Source: an uncultured Bacillota bacterium
GTDB lineage: Bacteria > Sysuimicrobiota > Sysuimicrobiia > Sysuimicrobiales > Segetimicrobiaceae
DNA length: 64,000 bases
Assembly: GCA_963804645.1 (NCBI GenBank)
Contig: CAWDRG010000004.1
Span: 64,001 to 128,000, forward strand
Reading direction: 5' to 3'
Notes under the pieces: model-generated
What the model was told of the DNA's origin: nothing
What the model saw: the letters and a program-made list of their open reading frames with translations, nothing else
Database searches by the model: none
Translations under genes and position numbers: made by a program
Shown here: in pieces, positions 48,956-57,133 of the stretch
Numbering within the stretch: the stretch's first letter is position 1
How the letters are laid out: every line of letters begins with the position of its first letter

Positions 48956-50203
48956 ATGATCAAGGCCGAGATCGTGTCGGTGGGGACCGAGCTGCTGCTG
49001 GGGCAGATCGTCGACACCAACGCCCAGTTCATCTCCACCACGCTCGCGGATTTGGGCATCGCGGTCTACTACCGGTCGACGGTCGGCGACAACCTCGGAC
49101 GCGTCCAGGAAGTGTTCATGCAGGCGCTCGGCCGCGTCGACCTCGTCGTCTCGACCGGCGGGCTCGGTCCGACCGACGACGACCTGACGGTGGCGGCCGT
49201 CGCGCAGGCGCTCGGGCTCCCGATGGAGCGCAACGAGGAGGCGTGGGCGCACGTCCAGGAGTTCTTTCGCCGGCGCCACCGCCCGCTGACCGGACAGCAG
49301 ATGAAGCAGGCGATGCTGCCGCACGGCGCGCGGATGATCCCCAACACGCGCGGCAGCGCGCCCGGCGTGATCATCGAGCACGAGGACAAGACGATCGTGT
49401 TCACCCCCGGGGTCCCGCGCGAGATGAAGGGCATGATGACTGATCACGTCGTGCCCTATTTGGTCGAACGCGGCCTGGCCGGAAGCACCGTCATCCGGTC
49501 CCGGGTCGTCCGCATCACCGGGCTCGGCGAGTCCGGGGTCGAGGACCGGCTCCGCGATCTGATGCGCGCCAGCACGAACCCGACGATCGCGCCGTACGCG
49601 CACACCGGCGAGTGCCACGTGCGCCTCACCGCGCACGGGACCGCGGCGGAGGTTGGCCCGCTGCTCGATCGCGTGGAGCAGGAGGTGCGCGAGCGCCTCG
49701 GCGACGCGATCTACGCGGTCGGCGAGGAGACGCTCGACGAGGCCGTGTCCCATCTGCTGGCGCGCCGCGGCGTGTCGATCGCCGTCGCGGAGTCGTGCAC
49801 CGGCGGGCTGATCGCGCACCGGCTGACGCTGACGCCCGGCGCGTCCGCGTACCTGGACGGCGGCGTCGTCGCGTACAGCAATGCCGCGAAGGGACGCTGG
49901 CTCGGGGTCCCCCAGGCGCTGATCGACCGGCACGGCGCGGTCAGCGGGGAGGTCGCGCGGGCCATGGCGGAAGGCGCGCGGACGCAGGCGGGGACCGATC
50001 TCGCGATCTCGACGACCGGCGTCGCCGGGCCCACGGGCGGGACCGAGGCGAAGCCGGTGGGTCTGGTGTTTCTCGCGCTGGCCCACGCGGAGGGCACGGA
50101 GGTGCGGGAGGTGCGGTTCGGCACCGAACCTGGGCGGACCGGCATCCAGTACCTCGCCTCGCAGACCGCCCTCGACATGATCCGCCTGCATCTGCTCCGG
50201 TGA
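48956..50203 (+). CDS. cinA: Competence/damage-inducible protein CinA
   Basis: VGTELLLGQIVDTN, GGLGPTDDDLT, PGVPREM, AESCTGG, GAVS.EVA.AMA, TGVAGP. Confidence 0.95.
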   Translation: MIKAEIVSVGTELLLGQIVDTNAQFISTTLADLGIAVYYRSTVGDNLGRVQEVFMQALGRVDLVVSTGGLGPTDDDLTVAAVAQALGLPMERNEEAWAHVQEFFRRRHRPLTGQQMKQAMLPHGARMIPNTRGSAPGVIIEHEDKTIVFTPGVPREMKGMMTDHVVPYLVERGLAGSTVIRSRVVRITGLGESGVEDRLRDLMRASTNPTIAPYAHTGECHVRLTAHGTAAEVGPLLDRVEQEVRERLGDAIYAVGEETLDEAVSHLLARRGVSIAVAESCTGGLIAHRLTLTPGASAYLDGGVVAYSNAAKGRWLGVPQALIDRHGAVSGEVARAMAEGARTQAGTDLAISTTGVAGPTGGTEAKPVGLVFLALAHAEGTEVREVRFGTEPGRTGIQYLASQTALDMIRLHLLR

Positions 50204-50209
50204 GCGTCC

Positions 50210-50800
50210 CTGCCGACGACCAACCGGCATCGGATCTTCGTCGCGGTGCCGATCGCCCCGGAGCTGCGCGACGCCGGGGCAGCGCTTCGCGCGGCGCTCG
50301 GCCCGGTCGCGTCGCAGCTGCGGTGGGTGGACCGGGACGGGCTGCACCTCACGCTGCGGTTTCTCGGCGAGATCGCACCCGCGGAGGTGGAGCGTGCCGT
50401 GGACGCGGCGCGCGCGGCCGCGGCGTCGGCCGCTCCGTTTTCGATCGCCTTGGCAGGCGCGGGGGCATTCCCGTCTCTTCGCGAGCCCCGTGTGCTGTGG
50501 GTCGGGATCTCGGAGGGGGCGGCGCCGCTCGTGACGCTCGCGCGCTCGCTGGAGGCCGCGCTGGTCGCGCGGCGGTTTCCGGTTGAGGCGCGTCCGTTTC
50601 AGCCGCATCTCACGGTGGCGCGCGCACGGTCGGCCGGCCGGCCTCCAGATCTGCGCGCCCAGGCGTCCACGCTGTTCGCGCCGGATGCGCCGGTGATCGG
50701 CGTGCAGCGGGTCGAGGCGATCGTCGTCGTCGAGAGCACGCTGGGTCCTAGGGGACCGGCGTATCGGGAGGTATCTCGCGGGGCACTCGGAGGACGGTAA
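50210..50800 (+). CDS. thpR: RNA 2',3'-cyclic phosphodiesterase (start uncertain)
   Basis: RIFVAV N-terminus, two 2H motifs HLTLRFLG and PHLTVAR. Confidence 0.88.
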   Translation: MPTTNRHRIFVAVPIAPELRDAGAALRAALGPVASQLRWVDRDGLHLTLRFLGEIAPAEVERAVDAARAAAASAAPFSIALAGAGAFPSLREPRVLWVGISEGAAPLVTLARSLEAALVARRFPVEARPFQPHLTVARARSAGRPPDLRAQASTLFAPDAPVIGVQRVEAIVVVESTLGPRGPAYREVSRGALGGR

Positions 50801-50860
50801 TCCTGACAGCAATGGGTCTACGTCCGTTGACGTCATGACGTGGCCAATCAACTTAGTGGC

Positions 50861-50889
50861 TTGACAAACGAACATATGTTTGGTAAGTT
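50861..50889 (+). promoter_or_regulatory. recA promoter with a Gram-positive-type LexA (Cheo) box in the spacer
   Basis: TTGACA (50861)-17-TAAGTT (50884) with extended TG; CGAACATATGTTTG at 50869-50882 vs consensus CGAAC-N4-GTTCG. Confidence 0.85.
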
Positions 50890-50942
50890 TGGACCAACTT
50901 AAACAGCCAAAACCGCTCCATCACAGCGGAAGGAGACGCAGC

Positions 50943-52034
50943 ATGAACGAGCGACAGCGAGCCCTGGATCTCGCCCTGACCCAGATCGAGAAGCAGTTTG
51001 GCAAGGGATCGATCATGAAGCTCGGCGAGCACCAGGCCAAGCTGACCGTGGACATTATCCCGACCGGTGCGCTTGCGCTGGACGTGGCGCTCGGAGTCGG
51101 CGGCGTGCCGCGCGGGCGGGTCGTAGAGATTTACGGGCCTGAGTCCTCGGGGAAGACGACGCTCGGGTATCACATCATCGCGGAGGCGCAGCGGGAGGGC
51201 GGCGTCGCGGCGTTCATCGATGCGGAGCACGCGCTGAATCCCGAGTACGCCCGCAACGTCGGCGTGGACATCGACAACCTCCTGATCTCCCAGCCGGATT
51301 CCGGCGAGCAGGCGCTCGAGATCGCGGAGATGCTCGTGCGCTCGGGCGCGATCGACGTGGTGGTCGTCGATTCCGTCGCGGCCCTTGTGCCCCGGGCGGA
51401 GCTGGAAGGCGAGATGGGCGACGCGCACGTCGGACTGCAGGCGCGCTTGATGTCCCAGGCGCTCCGCAAGCTCGTGGGGGCGATCAACAAATCGCGCACC
51501 ACCGTCATCTTCATCAACCAGCTGCGCGAGAAGGTTGGGGTAATGTTCGGCTCGCCGGAGGTCACGTCCGGCGGCCGGGCGTTGAAGTTTTACGCATCCG
51601 TGCGGCTGGATATCCGGCGCATCGAATCGATCAAGTCGGGCGACCAGGTGCTCGGCCAGCGCGTGCGGGTGAAGGTCGTCAAGAACAAATTGGCCGCCCC
51701 ATTCCGCGACGCCGAGCTGGAGATCATCTTTCCCCGCGGCATCAGCAAGGCGAGTAGCCTGATCGACGTGGCGACGTTGCAGGGGATCATCACCCGGACC
51801 GGCACGTGGTTTTCGTATAAGGATATGCGGCTCGGGCAGGGCCGCGACAACGCGCGCGAATTCTTGGAGAATAATCCCGAGCTGGCGATTGAGATTGAGG
51901 CGCGGACGCGCGAGAAGCTGGGGCTGACCCGTTCCGTCGCATCGGTGAGCGCCGCCGTGGCGGATGCGTCCGAGAACGGGGATGCCGGGACCGCGGCACC
52001 GAAGCCGGGTTCCGCGCGGGCCCAGCGGTCATAG
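50943..52034 (+). CDS. recA: Recombinase RecA
   Basis: [65 protein letters not shown]. Confidence 0.99.
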   Translation: MNERQRALDLALTQIEKQFGKGSIMKLGEHQAKLTVDIIPTGALALDVALGVGGVPRGRVVEIYGPESSGKTTLGYHIIAEAQREGGVAAFIDAEHALNPEYARNVGVDIDNLLISQPDSGEQALEIAEMLVRSGAIDVVVVDSVAALVPRAELEGEMGDAHVGLQARLMSQALRKLVGAINKSRTTVIFINQLREKVGVMFGSPEVTSGGRALKFYASVRLDIRRIESIKSGDQVLGQRVRVKVVKNKLAAPFRDAELEIIFPRGISKASSLIDVATLQGIITRTGTWFSYKDMRLGQGRDNAREFLENNPELAIEIEARTREKLGLTRSVASVSAAVADASENGDAGTAAPKPGSARAQRS

Positions 52035-52108
52035 ACCCCACGACGAGCAGTCCGGGGGGCGCGAGTCCGGGCGAACGCCGGACCGCGCGACGATGACGAG
52101 GTGCGCTG

Positions 52109-52858
52109 TTGCGTAACGGCAGGCGGGCGCGACCGGCGATCCGATCGGATCGCCGGTTCGTCGCGTCGGGCGATCCGCATCACGAACCCCTGACGGTCGC
52201 CGCGATTCGGGACACCGCGGGGACCGGGGCCGGCGGGGAGTGGCGCGTCGTGGTGCTCTCGGATGGACGGACGCTTCGCGTCGACGGGGAGGAGATCGCC
52301 CGCGCCGGTCTCACGTCCGGCGAGCCGATCGCTTCCGATCTAATCGAGCGTCTTGCGGCGCGGGACGAATACTGGCGAGCGCGGGAGACGGCGGTGCGCC
52401 TGCTGGCCGCGCGCCCCCGCAGCACCGAGGAGCTCCGCGCCCGGTTCCGCCGGGACGGGGTGGCGGACGCGCAGGCGCAGGCGGTGCTGACGGATCTCGC
52501 CGCCTGCGGGTATCTGGACGATCTCGCGTTCGCTCGCGCGTGGATCGAGTCGCGGCTCGGCCGGAATCCGTGCGGGTCCGCACGGCTGCGCGGGGAGCTG
52601 CGTCAGCGTGGCATCGCGCTTGCGGTGATCGAGCAGGCGATCCGGGAGGCCTACGGCGAAGAAGGGACCTCCGTGGGAGAAGAACGAGATGCCGCCGCCG
52701 TCGTGGAGCGCCGCAGCCGCGCCTACGCGTCGCTGCCGCCGGAGGCGCGCGCGCGCCGGCTGGCGCGGTTCCTGGAGCGCCGGGGGTTTGCGCCGGGGAC
52801 GATCGTGCGGGCGCTCGGCACGATGAGCCGCCGCCGTACGGAGCACGCCGATGAGTAA
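52109..52858 (+). CDS. recX: RecA regulator RecX (start uncertain)
   Basis: AVRLLAARPRSTEELR, GYLDDLAFA, G..RLRGELRQRGI, FLERRGF. Confidence 0.9.
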   Translation: MRNGRRARPAIRSDRRFVASGDPHHEPLTVAAIRDTAGTGAGGEWRVVVLSDGRTLRVDGEEIARAGLTSGEPIASDLIERLAARDEYWRARETAVRLLAARPRSTEELRARFRRDGVADAQAQAVLTDLAACGYLDDLAFARAWIESRLGRNPCGSARLRGELRQRGIALAVIEQAIREAYGEEGTSVGEERDAAAVVERRSRAYASLPPEARARRLARFLERRGFAPGTIVRALGTMSRRRTEHADE

Positions 52859-55800
52859 TCGTGGGGCCGCGCGCGGGCCGTTTGATCAGCTCGGCCTCGG
52901 CCTGCCCGTGGATGCCGAGGGTGCGCCGCCGGCGGAGCCCGAGGCCGTTCCCGATACCGCGGATGTGCCGCGCCAGGTCGACACCCGCGTGGAGCGTGCC
53001 GCGCGATTGGCCGGCGTCGCCGTGGCGGAACCGCTGGCACCGTCGGGACGGGACCTGCTCGCGCCCGCCGAGGGGGTGTTGGACGGCCTCACGGAGGAGC
53101 AGCGCGACGCGGTGACCCATGGGGACGGTCCGCTGCTCATCGTGGCCGGCGCCGGAACGGGGAAGACGACCGTCCTGACCCGACGTATCGGCCACTTGAT
53201 CACGACGCGCGCCGCGCGTCCCGAGCAGGTGCTGGCGCTGACGTTCACCGACCGCGCGGCCGCCGAGATGGAGGAGCGGGTCGACCGGCTCGTCCCGTAC
53301 GGTTACACGCAGGCGTGGATCAGCACGTTTCACGCCTTCGGGGACCGGGTGCTGCGCGAGCACGCGCTCGACCTCGGGCTCCCGCCGGACTTTCGCGTGC
53401 TCAACCGGGCCGAGCAGGCGATCTTCATTCGGGAGCGGCTGTTCGAGTTTCCGCTCGATCATTTTCGTCCGCTCGGGGACCCGGCCCGCTACGTCGGCGC
53501 GCTCATCGCGCTGATCAGCCGCGCAAAGGACGAAGACGTCTCGCCGGACGAGTACGCGGTGTACGCGGACCGCCTGACCGCGGAGGCCGCGGCGGCCCCG
53601 GACGACGCGGTGCTCGCGGAGCGCGCCCGGCAGCAGCGGGAGCTCGCCGCGGCGTACCGCACGTACCAGGATCTCTTGGCCAAGGAAGGGCGCCTGGACT
53701 TCGGGGACCTGATCACGCTGACCGTCCGGCTGCTGCGCCAGCACCCGGCGGCGCTTGCGCGCTACCGGGAGCAGTTCCACCACATCCTCGTAGACGAGTT
53801 CCAAGACACCAACTACGCGCAGTTCGAGCTGGTGAAGCTGCTCGCCGGCACCCGGCGCAACCTCACCGTGGTCGCCGACGACGACCAGGCGATCTACCGC
53901 TTCCGCGGCGCGTCCTACAGCAACATCACGTACTTTACCGAGGCATACGCGGACGCGCGGACGGTCGTGCTGACCCGGAACTACCGGTCGACCCAGTTCA
54001 TCCTCGACGCGGCGTACCGGCTGATCCGCCACAACGATCCGGACCGGCTCGAGGTCCGCATCGGGATCGACAAGCGCCTCCACGCCGTCGCGGGGCCCGG
54101 CGTGCTGCCCCGCCACCTGCACTACGACTCGCTCGGCGCGGAGGCCGACGGGGTGGCCGACCGGATCGCGGAGCGCGTCGCCGCGGGCGCCTGGCGGTAC
54201 CGGGATGTCGCGATCCTGGTGCGGGGCAACAAGGACGCCGATCCGTTCCTCCGCGCGCTCAACCTGCGCGGCATCCCGCACCTGTTCTCCGGGACGCGCG
54301 GCCTGTACGACCGCGAGGAGATCCGCCTCGTGACGTCGTTCCTGCGCGCGCTCGCCCATCCCGACGACAGCCTGTCGCTGTACCATCTCAGCGCGTCCGC
54401 GCTGTACGAGTTTCCGTCGGCGGATCTGGCCGCGTGCATGAGCTACGCCAGCCGGAAGCACCGGTCGCTCGGACACGTGTACCGCCACCTCGACCGGATC
54501 GAGGACCTCGGGCTCACGCGCGACGGGCGAGCGGCCGCGGTGAAGATCGTGGACGACCTCGACGCGATGGCCCGCCTCGCGCCGCGCTACCCCACCGGGC
54601 GCGTGCTGTACGAATATTTGGTGAACCGCACGGAGTACATCGGACGGCTCGCGTCGTCCGAACGCCCCGAGGACGAGCAGAAGGTCGCCAACATCGCGAG
54701 GTTCTTCGACATCGTCGCGCGGTTCGGTGATGTGGCGCCGGTCGACCGTGTCCCGGCGTTCGTCGCGTACCTCGACCTCTTGATCGACGCCGGGGACGAT
54801 CCGCCGACCGCCGAGGCCGAATCCGACGCGGACGCGGTGCGGGTGCTCACGATCCACAAGGCCAAGGGCCTGGAGTTTCCTGTGGTGTTCCTCGTCAGCC
54901 TCGTGACCGACAAGTTTCCGTCGCGGGGACGGCGCGATCCGCTGCCGCTGCCGGACGCGCTGATGAAGGACCTGCTGCCGAGCGGGGATTTCCACGTCGA
55001 GGAGGAGCGGCGGCTGTGCTACGTCGGGCTGACGCGCGCCGGGCGGGAGCTGTTTCTGACGAGCGGCACGGACTACGGCGGCGCGCGGCCGCGGAAGGTG
55101 AGCCGGTTCGTGCTGGAAGCGCTCGACGTGCCGCGCGCGGCACCCGAGCCGGTCCGCGCGTCCGCGGTCCAGGCGGTGGAGCGCCATGCGCCTCCGGCGG
55201 AGCCGGACGCGCCCACGCTGATCCCGCTCGACCAGGACGCCGTGCTGCAGCTGTCGTTCCGGCAGGTCGACGACTACATGACCTGCCCCTACAAGTACCG
55301 GTACATCCATCTCCTGCGCGTGCCCGTGCTGCGGAACCACCAGGTCGCCTACGGGTCGGCGCTGCACGAGGCCGTCCAGGAGTACAACCGGCGCAAGGCG
55401 CGGCACCAGCCGGTGACCGCCGATGACCTCGTGGCCCACTTCGAGCGCGCGTGGGTGAACGAGGGGTTTCTCAGCCGGGAGCACGAAGACCAGCGCATGG
55501 AGGCCGGCCGGGAGGCGGTCCGACGGTTCTTCGCGTATCAGGAGGCGAGCGGGACCGTGCCGACCTTCGTCGAGCGCGAGTTCCGGTTCGCGGTCGGCCA
55601 AAACGTCCTGCGGGGGCGGTGGGACCGCGTGGACGTGCGGGGCAGCGAGGTCGTGATCATCGATTTCAAGAGCACCGACGTGCGGGCGGAGCGGGACGCG
55701 GACCGCCGCGCGAAGGACAGCGAGCAGCTGTCGATCTACGCGCTGGCGTACGAGGCGGTGTTCGGGCGGCAGCCGGATCGGGTCGAGCTGCATTTCCTCG

Positions 55801-55985
55801 GGCGCGAGGTGGTTGTGGGGCACGCGCGGAAGACAGAAGCGGACCTCGAGGCCGTGCGCACGATGATCCTCGAGGCCGCGGCCGGGATCCGCGCGCAGCG
55901 GTTCATCGCGACGCCGGATCCATACCGCGCGTGTCCGTACTGTGCGTTCAACCAAATCTGTCCGTTTACGGCGGCGGCCACATGA
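52851..55985 (+). CDS. UvrD/SF1A helicase fused to a C-terminal Fe-S PD-(D/E)XK nuclease (AdnA/AdnB/AddAB-like, single chain)
   Basis: AGAGTGKT, VDEFQD, DDDQAIYRFRGA, NYRS, TIHKAKGLEF, EERRLCYVGLTRA; nuclease TCPYKY, GRWDRVD, IIDFKS, QLSIYA, CPYCAFNQIC. Confidence 0.92.
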   Translation: MSNRGAARGPFDQLGLGLPVDAEGAPPAEPEAVPDTADVPRQVDTRVERAARLAGVAVAEPLAPSGRDLLAPAEGVLDGLTEEQRDAVTHGDGPLLIVAGAGTGKTTVLTRRIGHLITTRAARPEQVLALTFTDRAAAEMEERVDRLVPYGYTQAWISTFHAFGDRVLREHALDLGLPPDFRVLNRAEQAIFIRERLFEFPLDHFRPLGDPARYVGALIALISRAKDEDVSPDEYAVYADRLTAEAAAAPDDAVLAERARQQRELAAAYRTYQDLLAKEGRLDFGDLITLTVRLLRQHPAALARYREQFHHILVDEFQDTNYAQFELVKLLAGTRRNLTVVADDDQAIYRFRGASYSNITYFTEAYADARTVVLTRNYRSTQFILDAAYRLIRHNDPDRLEVRIGIDKRLHAVAGPGVLPRHLHYDSLGAEADGVADRIAERVAAGAWRYRDVAILVRGNKDADPFLRALNLRGIPHLFSGTRGLYDREEIRLVTSFLRALAHPDDSLSLYHLSASALYEFPSADLAACMSYASRKHRSLGHVYRHLDRIEDLGLTRDGRAAAVKIVDDLDAMARLAPRYPTGRVLYEYLVNRTEYIGRLASSERPEDEQKVANIARFFDIVARFGDVAPVDRVPAFVAYLDLLIDAGDDPPTAEAESDADAVRVLTIHKAKGLEFPVVFLVSLVTDKFPSRGRRDPLPLPDALMKDLLPSGDFHVEEERRLCYVGLTRAGRELFLTSGTDYGGARPRKVSRFVLEALDVPRAAPEPVRASAVQAVERHAPPAEPDAPTLIPLDQDAVLQLSFRQVDDYMTCPYKYRYIHLLRVPVLRNHQVAYGSALHEAVQEYNRRKARHQPVTADDLVAHFERAWVNEGFLSREHEDQRMEAGREAVRRFFAYQEASGTVPTFVEREFRFAVGQNVLRGRWDRVDVRGSEVVIIDFKSTDVRAERDADRRAKDSEQLSIYALAYEAVFGRQPDRVELHFLGREVVVGHARKTEADLEAVRTMILEAAAGIRAQRFIATPDPYRACPYCAFNQICPFTAAAT

Positions 55986-57133
55986 GCGTTCGGATCCTGC
56001 ATACCTCAGACGTGCACCTCGGCGCGACGTTCAAAATGCTCGGCGCGCGCGGACGGGAGCAGCACAAGCAGCTCCAGCAGACGTTCGCGAACGTCGTCTC
56101 GCTGGCGATCCAGGAGCGCGTCGACGTGGTGCTGATCGCCGGCGACCTGTTCGACTCCGTCGCCGCGGCCCGCACCGAGGCCGGATTTGCCGGGGCGCAG
56201 TTCGAGCGCCTCGGGGCCGCGGACATTCCGATCTGCGCGATCGCCGGGAACCACGATCCGCTGGACGAGGGCAGCGCCGGGCTGTGGCGCGACCTCGAAG
56301 CGCGCCATCCGCACCTGCGGGTGTTCGGGCCCGATCTCGAGGTGCGGACGCTGCGCGAGCGGGATGTGACGATCGTGGGGCGGTCCGCCGCGCACCGCGT
56401 GTCCGCACGGAGCCCGCTCACCGGCCCGTCGGCTCGGGCGGGCGGCGTCCCGGCGCCTCGGACGACCAAGTACCTGGTCGGGGTATTTCACGGCAGCGTC
56501 CAGCGCCCCGACTTCGAGTCGAAGTTCGGCCTGATCACGCCGGAAGAGATCGCGGCGAGCGGCCTCGACTATCTCGCGCTCGGCGATTGGCACTCGGCGC
56601 TCGACGTCTCGTCGGGCGGCGTTACCGCGTGGTACAGCGGGGCGCCCGAGATGATCGACGTCGATGAGAGCGCGTCCGGCAACGTGCTGCTGGTGACCCT
56701 CAGGGCGCCCGGGCGCGCCGAGGTCGAACGGCGGCGCGTCGGCCGGCGCCGCGCCGCGCGCCTCGATCTCGATCTCGTCACCGCCGGCGGGGCGGCCGGG
56801 GTGGAGCGGGCGATTCGGGAGCGCGCGGATACCGACCTTGCGCTTCAGGTGACGCTGTCGGGGCTGGTCGCCGTCGGGGAGCGGTTCGACGTCGCGCGGC
56901 TGCGGGAGGATCTGCGCTCGGAGTTCTTCCGGCTGGAGATCCGCGACGCCTCCCAAGTGCGCGCGGACGACGCGGATCTCGCGGAGTACCCCGAGGGCAC
57001 CATGCTCGGCCGGTTCGTCCGCCGGATGCGCGACGAGATCGCTGCGCGGCAGGGCGAGGAGCGCACCGTCGCGGAAGACGCGCTCGCCTATGGGGTGGCG
57101 CTGCTGCAGGGTCGGACGGGGGTCCTCGGATGA
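55982..57133 (+). CDS. Mre11/SbcD/YhaO-like metallophosphoesterase nuclease
   Basis: HTSDVHLG, AGDLFD, AGNHD, FHG, YLALGDWH, YSGAPE; ATGA overlap with the helicase. Confidence 0.9.
   Translation: MSVRILHTSDVHLGATFKMLGARGREQHKQLQQTFANVVSLAIQERVDVVLIAGDLFDSVAAARTEAGFAGAQFERLGAADIPICAIAGNHDPLDEGSAGLWRDLEARHPHLRVFGPDLEVRTLRERDVTIVGRSAAHRVSARSPLTGPSARAGGVPAPRTTKYLVGVFHGSVQRPDFESKFGLITPEEIAASGLDYLALGDWHSALDVSSGGVTAWYSGAPEMIDVDESASGNVLLVTLRAPGRAEVERRRVGRRRAARLDLDLVTAGGAAGVERAIRERADTDLALQVTLSGLVAVGERFDVARLREDLRSEFFRLEIRDASQVRADDADLAEYPEGTMLGRFVRRMRDEIAARQGEERTVAEDALAYGVALLQGRTGVLG

Noticed and set aside
50830..50841. Perfect 12-bp palindrome ACGTCATGACGT upstream of the recA -35
   Set aside because: Single occurrence noticed and no known operator match; it may be chance
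52311..55955. Very long antisense ORFs (1214 aa here; also 45192-47771, 39807-42185, 57088-59292)
   Set aside because: Shadow ORFs of well-supported genes; expected from stop-codon scarcity in high-GC DNA, and they carry no recognisable motifs
55250..55985. Cas4 / CRISPR system
   Set aside because: The Cas4-like fold is fused to a UvrD helicase; there are no cas genes or repeat-spacer array in the window
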